Source: Acidimicrobiia bacterium
GTDB taxonomy: Bacteria > Actinomycetota > Acidimicrobiia > IMCC26256 > JAENVU01
NCBI GenBank assembly: GCA_031362155.1
Contig: JANLRZ010000109.1
Span: forward strand, 3,641-67,640
DNA: 64,000 nucleotides
Direction: 5' to 3'
In this document: positions 1 to 10,743 of the stretch, one piece after another
Layout: each line of letters starts with the position of its first letter
How positions within the stretch are numbered: position 1 is the stretch's first letter
Notes under the pieces: generated by a model
Told to the model about the DNA's origin: nothing
The model's database searches: none
Seen by the model: only the letters and a program-made list of their open reading frames with translations
Position numbers and translations under genes: made by a program

Positions 1-362
1 CACCGGAATCTGGTGAGATCGACGCAGGTCCCGAGCTGGTGGCGGCTCGCGTCGATGCAGTACTGGGCTCGGACACGCTGGTCGTGGACCGAATCCGCAA
101 AGGAAAGAGCACGCAAGAAGACATCCGTTCGGTGATCCGTCGGATCACGGTCCTGGGTGCGAGTGAGCAGGGAACGTCGACGGCTGTGGAGCTGTCGACC
201 CGCCCCACGAGTGTGCGGCCGGCCGAGTTGGTCGCCGTCATTGGTCAAGAGTTCTGCGAAGGTCGAGTCCGCCGGACTCGGCAATGGATTGAGCGCGACG
301 GTGAACGGTTGGATCCGCTCACCGCCGACCCGCGCATCGCCCTCGAGGCGCGCGCGTCATGA
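1..362 (+). CDS. 3' end of an upstream CDS, open at the window edge; possibly a radical-SAM-associated (TIGR03936/DUF2344-like) protein
   Basis: The reading frame is open from the window edge to TGA at 360-362 and is G/C-rich at third codon positions. It ends 12 nt before rne. The family guess rests only on remembered actinobacterial synteny upstream of rne. Confidence 0.35.
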   Translation, partial: PESGEIDAGPELVAARVDAVLGSDTLVVDRIRKGKSTQEDIRSVIRRITVLGASEQGTSTAVELSTRPTSVRPAELVAVIGQEFCEGRVRRTRQWIERDGERLDPLTADPRIALEARAS

Positions 363-374
363 GAGAAGGCATCA

Positions 375-2627
<2,253 letters not shown>

Positions 2628-2669
2628 TCTCGCACGGTTCTCCCGCAGATCTCGAGGTTCCTACGCGCC

Positions 2670-2978
2670 ATGTACGCAGTGATCGCCACCGGTGGCAAGC
2701 AGTACAAAGTCGAAACTGGTCAGAAGCTTGATGTCGAACGCCTCGGCGTCGAGGACGGAGACGTCGAACTTCGGCCCGTTCTCCTCGTCGACGGCGAGAC
2801 GGTGCTGGCCACGCCCGCCCAACTCGGCGCGGCCTCAGTGACCGCGAAGGTCGTGGGTGCCGCCAAGGGCCCGAAGATCGACGGGTTCGTCTACAAGAAC
2901 AAGTCCAACAATCGTCGGCGCTGGGGTCACCGCCAGCACTACACGACGATCGAGATCACCGCGATTACGAAGGGCTGA
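2670..2978 (+). CDS. rplU: 50S ribosomal protein L21
   Basis: N-terminus MYAVIATGGKQYKVETGQKL; 102 aa; sits directly upstream of rpmA. Confidence 0.97.
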   Translation: MYAVIATGGKQYKVETGQKLDVERLGVEDGDVELRPVLLVDGETVLATPAQLGAASVTAKVVGAAKGPKIDGFVYKNKSNNRRRWGHRQHYTTIEITAITKG

Positions 2979-2981
2979 TCC

Positions 2982-3233
2982 ATGTCGAAGAAAAAGGGCG
3001 CAGCCTCATCTCGCAACGGCCGTGATTCCTCGGCCCAACGGCTCGGAATCAAGGTCTACAGCGGCACCGTGGTGACGGCAGGCACGATCATCGTGCGCCA
3101 GCGCGGCACCAAGTTCCACCCCGGCCTCAACGTCGGCCGCGGTGGGGACGACACCCTGTTTGCCACGGCCCCGGGTGTGGTCAAGTTCGGTCACCGTCGC
3201 GGGCGCAAGCTCGTCGACATCCTCGTCGACTAG
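2982..3233 (+). CDS. rpmA: 50S ribosomal protein L27
   Basis: Contains [20 protein letters not shown]...[12 protein letters not shown]; 83 aa. Confidence 0.97.
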   Translation: MSKKKGAASSRNGRDSSAQRLGIKVYSGTVVTAGTIIVRQRGTKFHPGLNVGRGGDDTLFATAPGVVKFGHRRGRKLVDILVD

Positions 3234-3280
3234 TCGGTCGACCGCGGACCACGCGTCTGCAAATCTCCGGAGCGCTTGCG

Positions 3281-4516
3281 ATGTCGAATTTCGTCGACGA
3301 AGCGCAGCTCAATGTGCGCGGTGGTGATGGTGGGGCGGGTTGTATCTCGTTCCGCCGTGAGTCGCACACGCCCAAGGGTGGCCCCGACGGCGGTGACGGC
3401 GGGTCGGGTGGAGACATCTGGCTGCAGGCTGATCGCAACGTCGCGTCGCTCCTCGCGTTCCGTGACCACCCGCATCGCCGGGCGAACTCGGGAACCCACG
3501 GCTCGGGGAACCAGCGCCACGGCGCATCGGGTGTGGACCTGACCGTGCACGTGCCCGAGGGCACCACGATCCGCAATCACGAATCCGGCGACATTCTCGC
3601 CGATCTCGTCGGTCACGGTGATCGATGGCTCGCGGCGCGAGGCGGGCGCGGCGGCAAGGGCAACACGCGCTTCCTTTCCAACGCCCGGCGCGCGCCGAGC
3701 TTCGCCGAACAGGGCGAATACGGCGAGGAGCGGTGGCTCGATCTCGAACTGCGGCTCATGGCCGATGCCGCGCTGGTCGGGTTTCCCAACGCCGGGAAGT
3801 CCACGCTGATCGCATCGATCAGTGCGGCCAAACCCAAGATCGCGAATTACCCGTTCACGACCCTCGTCCCCAACCTCGGCGTGGTGCGGTTCCAGGACCA
3901 CGAATACGTCGTCGCCGACATCCCGGGTCTCATCGAGGGCGCCGCCGAAGGGCGAGGGTTGGGCCACCGATTCCTCCGGCACGTCGAACGCACTCGAGTG
4001 CTCGTGGTGCTCTTGGATCTCGCACCGATGGACGGTCGGACCCCCGAGGACCAGGAGCGGATCCTGCTCGACGAACTGGAGCAGTACCGCCCCGACCTGC
4101 TGACGCGCCCCCGCCTCACCATTGGGGCGAAGGCGGATGTCGCCGAGTTCGAAACCGAGTACGCCAGTATCTCGGCCGTGACCCATCAGGGCTTGGACGA
4201 GTTCCTCGGGCGGCTCGGTACGCTCGTTGCCGACGCGCGCGGCGCCGAACCCGATCTCGACAGCTACGTGGTGCACCGCCCCGCGGAGGAAGGCTTCACC
4301 GTCACTCGCGAGAGCGACGGCGCCTACCGGTTGGCGGGGCGCTCGGCCGAGCGTGTGGTGGCGATGGCCGACCTCACGAACATCGAGGCGTTGGAATACA
4401 TCCACCAGCGGTTCCGCACGATGGGGGTGGAGAAGGCGCTGGCGCGCGCCGGTGCGAGCGAGGGCGACCTGGTGCGCATCGGCGACGTGGAACTCGAATA
4501 CGTCGAGGGTCTCTGA
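3281..4516 (+). CDS. obg: GTPase Obg/CgtA
   Basis: Has the Obg fold N-terminus FVDEAQLNVRGGDGGAGCISFRRE, the G-domain motif GFPNAGKSTL, and a C-terminal OCT-like domain. Confidence 0.95.
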   Translation: MSNFVDEAQLNVRGGDGGAGCISFRRESHTPKGGPDGGDGGSGGDIWLQADRNVASLLAFRDHPHRRANSGTHGSGNQRHGASGVDLTVHVPEGTTIRNHESGDILADLVGHGDRWLAARGGRGGKGNTRFLSNARRAPSFAEQGEYGEERWLDLELRLMADAALVGFPNAGKSTLIASISAAKPKIANYPFTTLVPNLGVVRFQDHEYVVADIPGLIEGAAEGRGLGHRFLRHVERTRVLVVLLDLAPMDGRTPEDQERILLDELEQYRPDLLTRPRLTIGAKADVAEFETEYASISAVTHQGLDEFLGRLGTLVADARGAEPDLDSYVVHRPAEEGFTVTRESDGAYRLAGRSAERVVAMADLTNIEALEYIHQRFRTMGVEKALARAGASEGDLVRIGDVELEYVEGL

Positions 4517-5607
4517 TGCGAGCGGTGGTCAAGATCGGTACGTCGTCGATCACGAATCCCGAGGGTGAACTCGACGAAGTCGCGCTGGGCAAGCTCTGCG
4601 AACAACTGGTCGCGGCCCGGGCCGACGGGCACGCCGTCACCGTGGTGTGCTCCGGCGCGATCGCCGCAGGAATGCCGGCGCTCGGACTCGCGCATCGCCC
4701 CACCGATATCGGAACCCTCCAGGCCATCGCTGCGGTCGGCCAGCCCCGCCTGATGGAGAGCATCCGGGCGAGCTTCGACCGTCACGCCGTGGTGGCCGGC
4801 CAGGTGCTGTTGACGCGCTACGACTTCTTGCACCGGGCCCAGTACCTCCACGCTCGCGAGACGTTTGATCGTCTGATCGAGATGGGCGTCGTACCGGTGG
4901 TGAACGAGAACGACACCGTGGCCGACGACGAGATTCGCTTCGGCGACAACGACCTCATCGCCGCGCTGGTGGGCAACCAAATTCGGGCGGATGTCCTGGT
5001 GCTGCTCACCGACACCGCGGGGCTGTACACGGCTGATCCGCGCCTCGACGCCAGCGCGTCGCTCATCGAAGAGATCGCGGCGGTCGACCAGGCACTCGAC
5101 GCAATGGTCGGCGGCGCGGGCTCGAGACGCGGCAGCGGAGGTATGGCCACGAAGCTCGCCGCCGCCCGCATCGCCTCCTGGTCGGGGGTGCGTGCGGTGA
5201 TCGCTGCGGCCGACGCACCCGGGGTGATTGCCGATGCCATCGCGGGTCGACCGGTGGGCACGGTGGTGCCGCCGCGCGCCGAACGACTCCCGGCCCGCAA
5301 ACTCTGGATCGCGTTTGCGATCGGCGCGTCGGGTCGGATCGAGGTGGACGCAGGCGCTCGCACCGCGTTGGCGACTCAGGGCCGTTCCCTCCTGGCTGCG
5401 GGTGTCCGCGCCGTCCACGGAGATTTCGGGCCCGACAGTGCCGTCGAGGTCATCGACGAGTCCGGGCAGGTCTTCGCCAAAGGTCTCGTCCGGGCGAGCA
5501 GCCAGGTGCTGCGGCACGCCGCGGGGAAACGCTCGGTGGACCTGGCCGATGACGCACCCACCGAAGTGATTCATCGCGACGACCTCGTCGTCGGGCTCCC
5601 GATCTGA
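4516..5607 (+). CDS. proB: Glutamate 5-kinase with C-terminal PUA domain
   Basis: Starts MRAVVKIGTSSIT. The ATG at 4516 overlaps the obg TGA (TGATG). It is only the 3' part of track ORF 3625..5607. The NENDTV and GSGGMATKL motifs are present. Confidence 0.93.
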   Translation: MRAVVKIGTSSITNPEGELDEVALGKLCEQLVAARADGHAVTVVCSGAIAAGMPALGLAHRPTDIGTLQAIAAVGQPRLMESIRASFDRHAVVAGQVLLTRYDFLHRAQYLHARETFDRLIEMGVVPVVNENDTVADDEIRFGDNDLIAALVGNQIRADVLVLLTDTAGLYTADPRLDASASLIEEIAAVDQALDAMVGGAGSRRGSGGMATKLAAARIASWSGVRAVIAAADAPGVIADAIAGRPVGTVVPPRAERLPARKLWIAFAIGASGRIEVDAGARTALATQGRSLLAAGVRAVHGDFGPDSAVEVIDESGQVFAKGLVRASSQVLRHAAGKRSVDLADDAPTEVIHRDDLVVGLPI

Positions 5608-5749
5608 TCCACCGCGCGGGCCCCGGAAGAAATGCGACGAAGAGCTTGCATTCTTCCTGTGTCCTGGGTCACACTGCTGCCAGTTGCTCGCCCGCCAGAA
5701 CGGGGGGAGGGTCCGGGCGAGAGCCGGGGCCCACGGTGGACGAGCAGTC

Positions 5750-5788
5750 GGGGGGCCGCCGGAGCAATCCAGCGGCCCCCCGTTTTTT
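5750..5788 (+). terminator. Rho-independent terminator-like hairpin between proB and proA
   Basis: GGGGGGCCGC (5750-5759) pairs perfectly with GCGGCCCCCC (5772-5781) across a 12-nt loop. It is followed by g and TTTTTT (5783-5788). Confidence 0.7.
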
Positions 5789-5815
5789 GAAGAAGGGCCA
5801 TTCTGGGGAGCGGGT

Positions 5816-5821
5816 TAGGAT
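5816..5821 (+). promoter_or_regulatory. -10-like TAGGAT hexamer 7 nt upstream of the proA ATG (candidate leaderless promoter)
   Basis: TANNNT at 5816-5821, a 7-nt spacer, then ATG at 5829. There is no Shine-Dalgarno sequence in between. Confidence 0.35.
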
Positions 5822-5828
5822 CGCCCGC

Positions 5829-7079
5829 ATGTCCGATTCGGTCCTCGAGCTTGGTCGACGCGCGCGCACCGCGTCCCGGATCATCGCCAACGCCGGGACC
5901 GAGGCGAAGAACGCGGCGCTCCTCGCGGCGGCCGAGGTCCTCGTCGAACACTCGGACCCGATTCTCGCGGCCAACGCCGTCGATCTCGATGCCGCGGCCG
6001 CGGATGGCATGGAGGCCGGGCCGCTCGACCGGCTGCGCCTCGACCGCAGTCGCATCGAAGCCATGGCCGACGGGCTGCGAAATGTCGCTTCACTTGCCGA
6101 CCCGATCGGCGAGGTCATCGGCGGTTGGGTTCGCCCCAACGGACTCGAGATCGAACAGGTCCGGGTTCCGCTCGGCGTCGTCGCCATCATCTACGAGAAC
6201 CGGCCGAACGTCACCTCCGACGCCGCCGGGCTCTGCCTCAAGGCCGGCAACGCCGCGATCTTGCGCGGGAGCGGGACTGCGCTGCGATCGAATGTCGCAA
6301 TCGCGGCCGCGCTCCGGGCCGGATTCGCGAAGGCCGGTCTGCCCGAGGATGCCCTGATCCTCGTGGAGGACACGGCGCATGACGTGGCGATCGAGGTCAT
6401 GCAGCTCACCGAGTACGTCGACTGTCTGATCCCCCGGGGTGGCCCGGCGCTCATCGCGTCGATCCGCGAGCACGCGACCGTGCCCGTGATCATCGACGGC
6501 GATGGCAACTGTCAGATCTACGTCGACGAGAGTGCCGACTTCGCCCAGGCCATCGACATCGTGGTCAACGCGAAGACCCAACGGCCGGGCGTCTGCAATG
6601 CGGCCGAGACCCTGCTCGTCCATGCGGCCATCGCCGATCGGTTCCTCCCCGAGGTGTGCGCGGCGCTGCGCGCCGAGGGGGTGGAGATCATCGGCGACGA
6701 CGGTGCCCGGGCCCGGATCCCCGACCTCGGCATTGCCACCGACGCCGACTTCGGGCAGGAGTTCGCTGCGCTGAAGATGAGCGTGGGCGTCGTGGCGTCG
6801 TTGGACGCGGCGATCGATCACGTCAACCGGTTCAGCAGCGGGCACACCGAAGCGATCCTCACGACGGACCTCAATGCGGCGCGACGCTTCACGCACGAAG
6901 TCGACGCCGCGGCGGTGATCGTGAACGCGTCGACTCGGTTCACCGACGGCGAACAATTCGGCTTCGGTGCCGAGATCGGAATCTCGACCCAGAAACTCCA
7001 CGCCCGTGGACCGATGGGCTTGCAACAACTGACGACCGCGAAATACGTGGTGTGGGGACAAGGACAAGTGAGGGGCTAG
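5829..7079 (+). CDS. proA: Gamma-glutamyl phosphate reductase
   Basis: Starts MSDSVLELGRRARTASR and has aldehyde-dehydrogenase-type motifs (VIYENRPNVT, CNAAETLLVH). The start was placed at 5829 because the terminator at 5750-5788 lies inside the longer track ORF (5646..). Confidence 0.93.
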   Translation: MSDSVLELGRRARTASRIIANAGTEAKNAALLAAAEVLVEHSDPILAANAVDLDAAAADGMEAGPLDRLRLDRSRIEAMADGLRNVASLADPIGEVIGGWVRPNGLEIEQVRVPLGVVAIIYENRPNVTSDAAGLCLKAGNAAILRGSGTALRSNVAIAAALRAGFAKAGLPEDALILVEDTAHDVAIEVMQLTEYVDCLIPRGGPALIASIREHATVPVIIDGDGNCQIYVDESADFAQAIDIVVNAKTQRPGVCNAAETLLVHAAIADRFLPEVCAALRAEGVEIIGDDGARARIPDLGIATDADFGQEFAALKMSVGVVASLDAAIDHVNRFSSGHTEAILTTDLNAARRFTHEVDAAAVIVNASTRFTDGEQFGFGAEIGISTQKLHARGPMGLQQLTTAKYVVWGQGQVRG

Positions 7080-7963
7080 TGGCCGAGCGTTTTTCGTCAG
7101 TCGACGAAGTAGTGGATCGCCTTCGGACGGTTGACTACTTGGCGGATCCGAGCATCGCCGGTGTGGTGTACCTCGCCGACAAACTCGAGAAGCCGGTACT
7201 CGTCGAAGGGCCCGCCGGGGTCGGCAAGACCGAGTTGGCCAAGGCCATCGCGGCGATCACGGGTTCGCGCCTCATTCGGTTGCAGTGTTATGAAGGGCTC
7301 GACGAGTCCAAGGCGCTGTACGAGTGGAATTACAAGAAGCAACTGCTTCGGATCCAAGCCGATCGCGAACACGAAGGCGATTGGGCGACCGTCGAGTCCG
7401 ACATCTTCTCGGAGGCGTTTCTACTCACGCGACCGTTGCTCGAGGCCATCCGCTCGGACGAACCGATCGTGCTGCTCATCGACGAGGTCGACCGGGTCGA
7501 GATCGAGACCGAGGCATTGTTGCTCGAGGTCCTGTCGGACTTCCAGGTCTCCATTCCCGAACTCGGCACGATCGTCGGCAAGCAGCGTCCCATCGTGATA
7601 CTGACCTCGAACAACACCCGTGAGTTGTCCGAGGCGCTCAAGCGCCGGTGCCTCTATTTGCACATCGACTATCCCGAACTCGAGCGGGAGAAGGAAATCG
7701 TGCGCGTGCGCGTGCCCGAGATCGACGATGAACTCGCGGAGCAGATCTCGCAGGTGGTTCGGTCGATCCGCTCGCTCGACATCAAGAAGGCGCCGTCGAT
7801 TTCCGAGACCATCGACTGGGCCCGAACGTTGATGTTCCTCGGGCACAAGTCGATCGACCCGCAGGTGATCGGTGACACGCTGCACGTGCTCCTGAAGTAT
7901 CAGACCGACATCGCCAAGGCCCGGAAGGAATTCGTCGACTCGCCGGTCCCCACCCGGAAATGA
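7079..7963 (+). CDS. MoxR-like AAA+ ATPase (CoxD-like)
   Basis: Walker A GPAGVGKTELAK and Walker B VLLIDEVDR. The GTG at 7079 overlaps the proA TAG by 1 nt. It is the 3' part of track ORF 6656..7963. Confidence 0.88.
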   Translation: MAERFSSVDEVVDRLRTVDYLADPSIAGVVYLADKLEKPVLVEGPAGVGKTELAKAIAAITGSRLIRLQCYEGLDESKALYEWNYKKQLLRIQADREHEGDWATVESDIFSEAFLLTRPLLEAIRSDEPIVLLIDEVDRVEIETEALLLEVLSDFQVSIPELGTIVGKQRPIVILTSNNTRELSEALKRRCLYLHIDYPELEREKEIVRVRVPEIDDELAEQISQVVRSIRSLDIKKAPSISETIDWARTLMFLGHKSIDPQVIGDTLHVLLKYQTDIAKARKEFVDSPVPTRK

Positions 7964-7981
7964 GACGTCGCGGGAGATGAA

Positions 7982-9499
7982 GTGGTTCACTTCGCGAAGC
8001 TGCAGGACGCCATGACTCGGAATCAGGTTGAGATCCCGTCGGGGGTCGGCTCCGGCGAAATGCTCGACGTCTTGCAGGGGTTCGTCCACGAGTTGCGGGC
8101 CGCCGGGCTGCCGGTGTCGATGACCGAGAACCTCGATGCGATGCGGGGCGTGGAGCAGGTGCCGCTCACCGACCGCGAGACGTTCCGCGAAGTGCTCGCG
8201 GCCACGCTCGTCAAACACTTCCGTCACCGCCGCGCCTTCGACACGGTGTTCGATGTGTACTTCGCCCTGTACTCGGGCGGCATCGGCGACGACGCCGACT
8301 CCGACGCCGACCCGATGGGTGAGAGTTCGGAGTCAGGTGGTGTGCCCGGCCAGCAGGGCAGCGGCGGTTCCGGCGAGGGTATGAGCAACGAAGAGCTGGC
8401 CGAGATGCTCCTGTCGGCGCTCATGTCGATGGATCGGGAGCAACTTCGCCAGCTCGCCGCGATGGCGGTCGCCCGATTCGCGGGGATGGAACCGGGTCGA
8501 CCTGTCGGCGGGACGTACTACCTCTACCGCACACTGCGGCAGCTCGACTTCGACGGGCTGGCCGCGAAGATGCAGGACGCCAGCACCGGCGCCGGCGGGC
8601 CGGGCGACGAACCCGAAGACCTCGACGCCCGGTTCGAGCGCGAGGAGTTCGAAGCGCGGCTCAAAGAGTTCCGCGAGTTGGTGGAGTCGGAGATCCGGCG
8701 CCGGCTCGTGGCCGATCGAGGCGTCGAGGCCATGGCCCGCACCCTCCGCAAGCCGCTTCCCGAAGATGTCGACTTCATGCACGCGTCACGCGAGGAGATG
8801 CAGCAGCTCCAGCACGCGATCGAACCACTGACCCGAGCCCTGGCCGCACGGCTGGCCCAGCGGCGAAAGCGCAAGAACCGCGGGCATCTCGATTTCCGGG
8901 CGACCGTGCGCCATTCACTCTCGTACGGCGGGGTCCCGGCCGAGCCCAAGTTCAAGGACCCCAAACCATCGAAACCCGAGATCATGGTGGTGGCCGACAT
9001 TTCGGGATCGGTGGCGAGCTTTGCCCGATTCACCTTGCAGTTCGTCTACGCGATGGCGGGCCAGTTCTCGAAGGTGCGGTCGTGGGTGTTCATTGACGGG
9101 ATCGACGAAGTCACTCGCTTCTTCGAGGAGTCGAACGAGATTTCCGAAGCCGTGCATCGGGTGAACACCGAGGCCGACGTGATCTGGGTCGACGGCCACT
9201 CGGACTACGGGCACGCGCTCGAGGTCTTCCACGATCGGCATCTCGCGGAAGTGACCTCGAAGACCTCGGTGATCTTGCTCGGTGACGCTCGCAACAACTA
9301 CCACGCCACCCAGAACTGGGTGCTGAAGGAGCTCCGGCAGAAGGCGCGCCGGGTCTATTGGTTGAACCCGGAGCCGCGGGGCTACTGGGACACCGGCGAT
9401 TCGGTGGTGTCCGAATACGGCATCCACTGTGATGGCGTCTACGAGTGCCGAAACCTTCGCCAACTCGAACGTTTCGTCACCGCGGTGATCGAGGCGTAA
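7982..9499 (+). CDS. VWA domain protein, CoxE-like
   Basis: N-terminal LRAAGLPVS motif and a C-terminal VWA with MIDAS-like VVADISGSV. GGGAG lies 6 nt upstream of the GTG at 7982. ATG at 8060 is an alternative start. Confidence 0.82.
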   Translation: MVHFAKLQDAMTRNQVEIPSGVGSGEMLDVLQGFVHELRAAGLPVSMTENLDAMRGVEQVPLTDRETFREVLAATLVKHFRHRRAFDTVFDVYFALYSGGIGDDADSDADPMGESSESGGVPGQQGSGGSGEGMSNEELAEMLLSALMSMDREQLRQLAAMAVARFAGMEPGRPVGGTYYLYRTLRQLDFDGLAAKMQDASTGAGGPGDEPEDLDARFEREEFEARLKEFRELVESEIRRRLVADRGVEAMARTLRKPLPEDVDFMHASREEMQQLQHAIEPLTRALAARLAQRRKRKNRGHLDFRATVRHSLSYGGVPAEPKFKDPKPSKPEIMVVADISGSVASFARFTLQFVYAMAGQFSKVRSWVFIDGIDEVTRFFEESNEISEAVHRVNTEADVIWVDGHSDYGHALEVFHDRHLAEVTSKTSVILLGDARNNYHATQNWVLKELRQKARRVYWLNPEPRGYWDTGDSVVSEYGIHCDGVYECRNLRQLERFVTAVIEA

Positions 9500-10094
9500 C
9501 TCCGCGGCTGCTCGGGGTGGTGCTGCTCGCCCCCGAGTGCAGGCGTTGACCGAGTTCGTCGACGAGTTCGCAGTACCCGGTGACCAGCCGGAGTTCTGTC
9601 GCGGTGAGCGCGATGCTGCGACCGACGGAAACGGTCCACCCCAATGCAGGTGCGAGCAGCGTTGCGTGCGGGAGGCCAGAGGGTGTGCCGACCTCGACGG
9701 CGATTTCGGCCCCTTCCGTCACGCACCACTCGGCGTGGAGGAGCGCGTGGACCTGGTGGGTCAGGGACTCGGCGAGTTCGGTGAGCGAACCCGCACGGCT
9801 CAGGGCAACGGCGCGATCCAGGGTGTCACATCGGGGCTCCGGCGCGCCGTCGACGATCTCGATCGATTCGACCGTGGCCCCGTCGACCTCTTCGATCTCG
9901 CGAGCCAGGGCCGGAATCAGGTCCGCATCGGGGATGACGACCGCAAGTTCGTCGACCGCGGTCCCATCCGCTCGATCCAGGACCGAAATGCCGATGATGT
10001 CGCTTTTGAGGGCACCGATTCGGGACGCGACCAAGCCGAGCGCGCCGGGGCGATCGGGAACGCGAACGCGAATGAGTGCGTGACAGGAGCCCAT
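9477..10094 (-). CDS. ACT-domain protein with an uncharacterised C-terminal half
   Basis: The N-terminus ALIRVRVPDRPGALGLVASRIGALKSDIIGISV has a typical ACT beta-alpha-beta signature. It overlaps the 3' end of the VWA gene by 23 nt in convergent orientation. Confidence 0.6.
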   Translation of the reverse strand: MGSCHALIRVRVPDRPGALGLVASRIGALKSDIIGISVLDRADGTAVDELAVVIPDADLIPALAREIEEVDGATVESIEIVDGAPEPRCDTLDRAVALSRAGSLTELAESLTHQVHALLHAEWCVTEGAEIAVEVGTPSGLPHATLLAPALGWTVSVGRSIALTATELRLVTGYCELVDELGQRLHSGASSTTPSSRGVTPRSPR

Positions 10095-10167
10095 GCGTCC
10101 GTGACCCTAGAGCGCGACGGTGTTGGCGCGACTTCGGCGATGCGAACGCTCCGTAAACTCTGCGGTG

Positions 10168-10743
10168 ATGCGCATCGGTGTCTACGGCGGAACGTTCGAC
10201 CCGATTCATGTTGCGCACGTGGTGGTGGCCGCGGAAGTGCGGAATGTCCTCGGTCTCGACCAGGTCCTGCTCGTTCCGGCTGGAGACCCCTGGCAGAAGC
10301 GGGGCCGGGTCGAGGCATCGAAGGAAGATCGAGTGCGGATGTGTCAACTCGCGATCGAGGGGATCGACGACGTGGGCGTCTCGAGAGTCGAGGTCGACCG
10401 TGAGGGCGCTTCGGTGACAGCGGACACGCTCGCCGCGTTGTCGGGGGAGGCGCGCGACCTCTTCTTGGTGCTCGGTGCCGATGCCATCGCCAACCTGCCC
10501 ACCTGGCGCGGCCTCGAGGAGACCCGTGTGGCCGCAACGCTCGTGGCGGTCGAGCGGGAGGGGGAACATGCCGAGGCGCCAGGCCCGGGATGGTCGATGG
10601 TGCATGTGCCCATCCCTCGACTCGACGTGTCGTCGTCGGACATACGGGAACGCCTTCGTTCCGAACGGCCAATTGACGGGTTGGTGGCGCCGGCGGTCGT
10701 GCGGTTCATTCGCGACCACGACCTTTACACTTCGCCTCGATGA
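10168..10743 (+). CDS. nadD: Nicotinate-nucleotide adenylyltransferase
   Basis: Starts MRIGVYGGTFDPIHVAHV (the (H/T)xxH nucleotidyltransferase motif) and has a C-terminal SSSDIRER motif. Confidence 0.93.
   Translation: MRIGVYGGTFDPIHVAHVVVAAEVRNVLGLDQVLLVPAGDPWQKRGRVEASKEDRVRMCQLAIEGIDDVGVSRVEVDREGASVTADTLAALSGEARDLFLVLGADAIANLPTWRGLEETRVAATLVAVEREGEHAEAPGPGWSMVHVPIPRLDVSSSDIRERLRSERPIDGLVAPAVVRFIRDHDLYTSPR

Noticed and set aside
3625-4515. 5' extensions of several track ORFs that would produce much longer proteins: 3625.. for proB, 5646.. for proA, 6656.. for MoxR, 17002.. for the aminoacylase, 32614.. for hemW, 39819.. for rsmE, 44351.. for era, 49561.. for ctaG and 50573.. for the cupredoxin.
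   Set aside because: The extensions overlap the preceding, well-supported genes out of frame and translate to Arg/Pro-rich nonsense. In each case the family-typical N-terminus begins at an internal start that is coupled to the upstream stop codon. For proA, an intrinsic terminator also lies inside the extension.
5608-5788. The proB-proA spacer as a proline T-box leader, an SRP (4.5S) RNA or a 6C RNA.
   Set aside because: The only GGUGG lies in GGUGGACGAGC and does not continue as the T-box consensus (GGUGGNACCGCG). Its UGGA would pair with the wrong discriminator base for tRNA-Pro. No SRP GGAA-tetraloop/AGCAGC motif is present. C-rich 6C-type loops would exist only on the minus strand, whereas the terminator is on the + strand.
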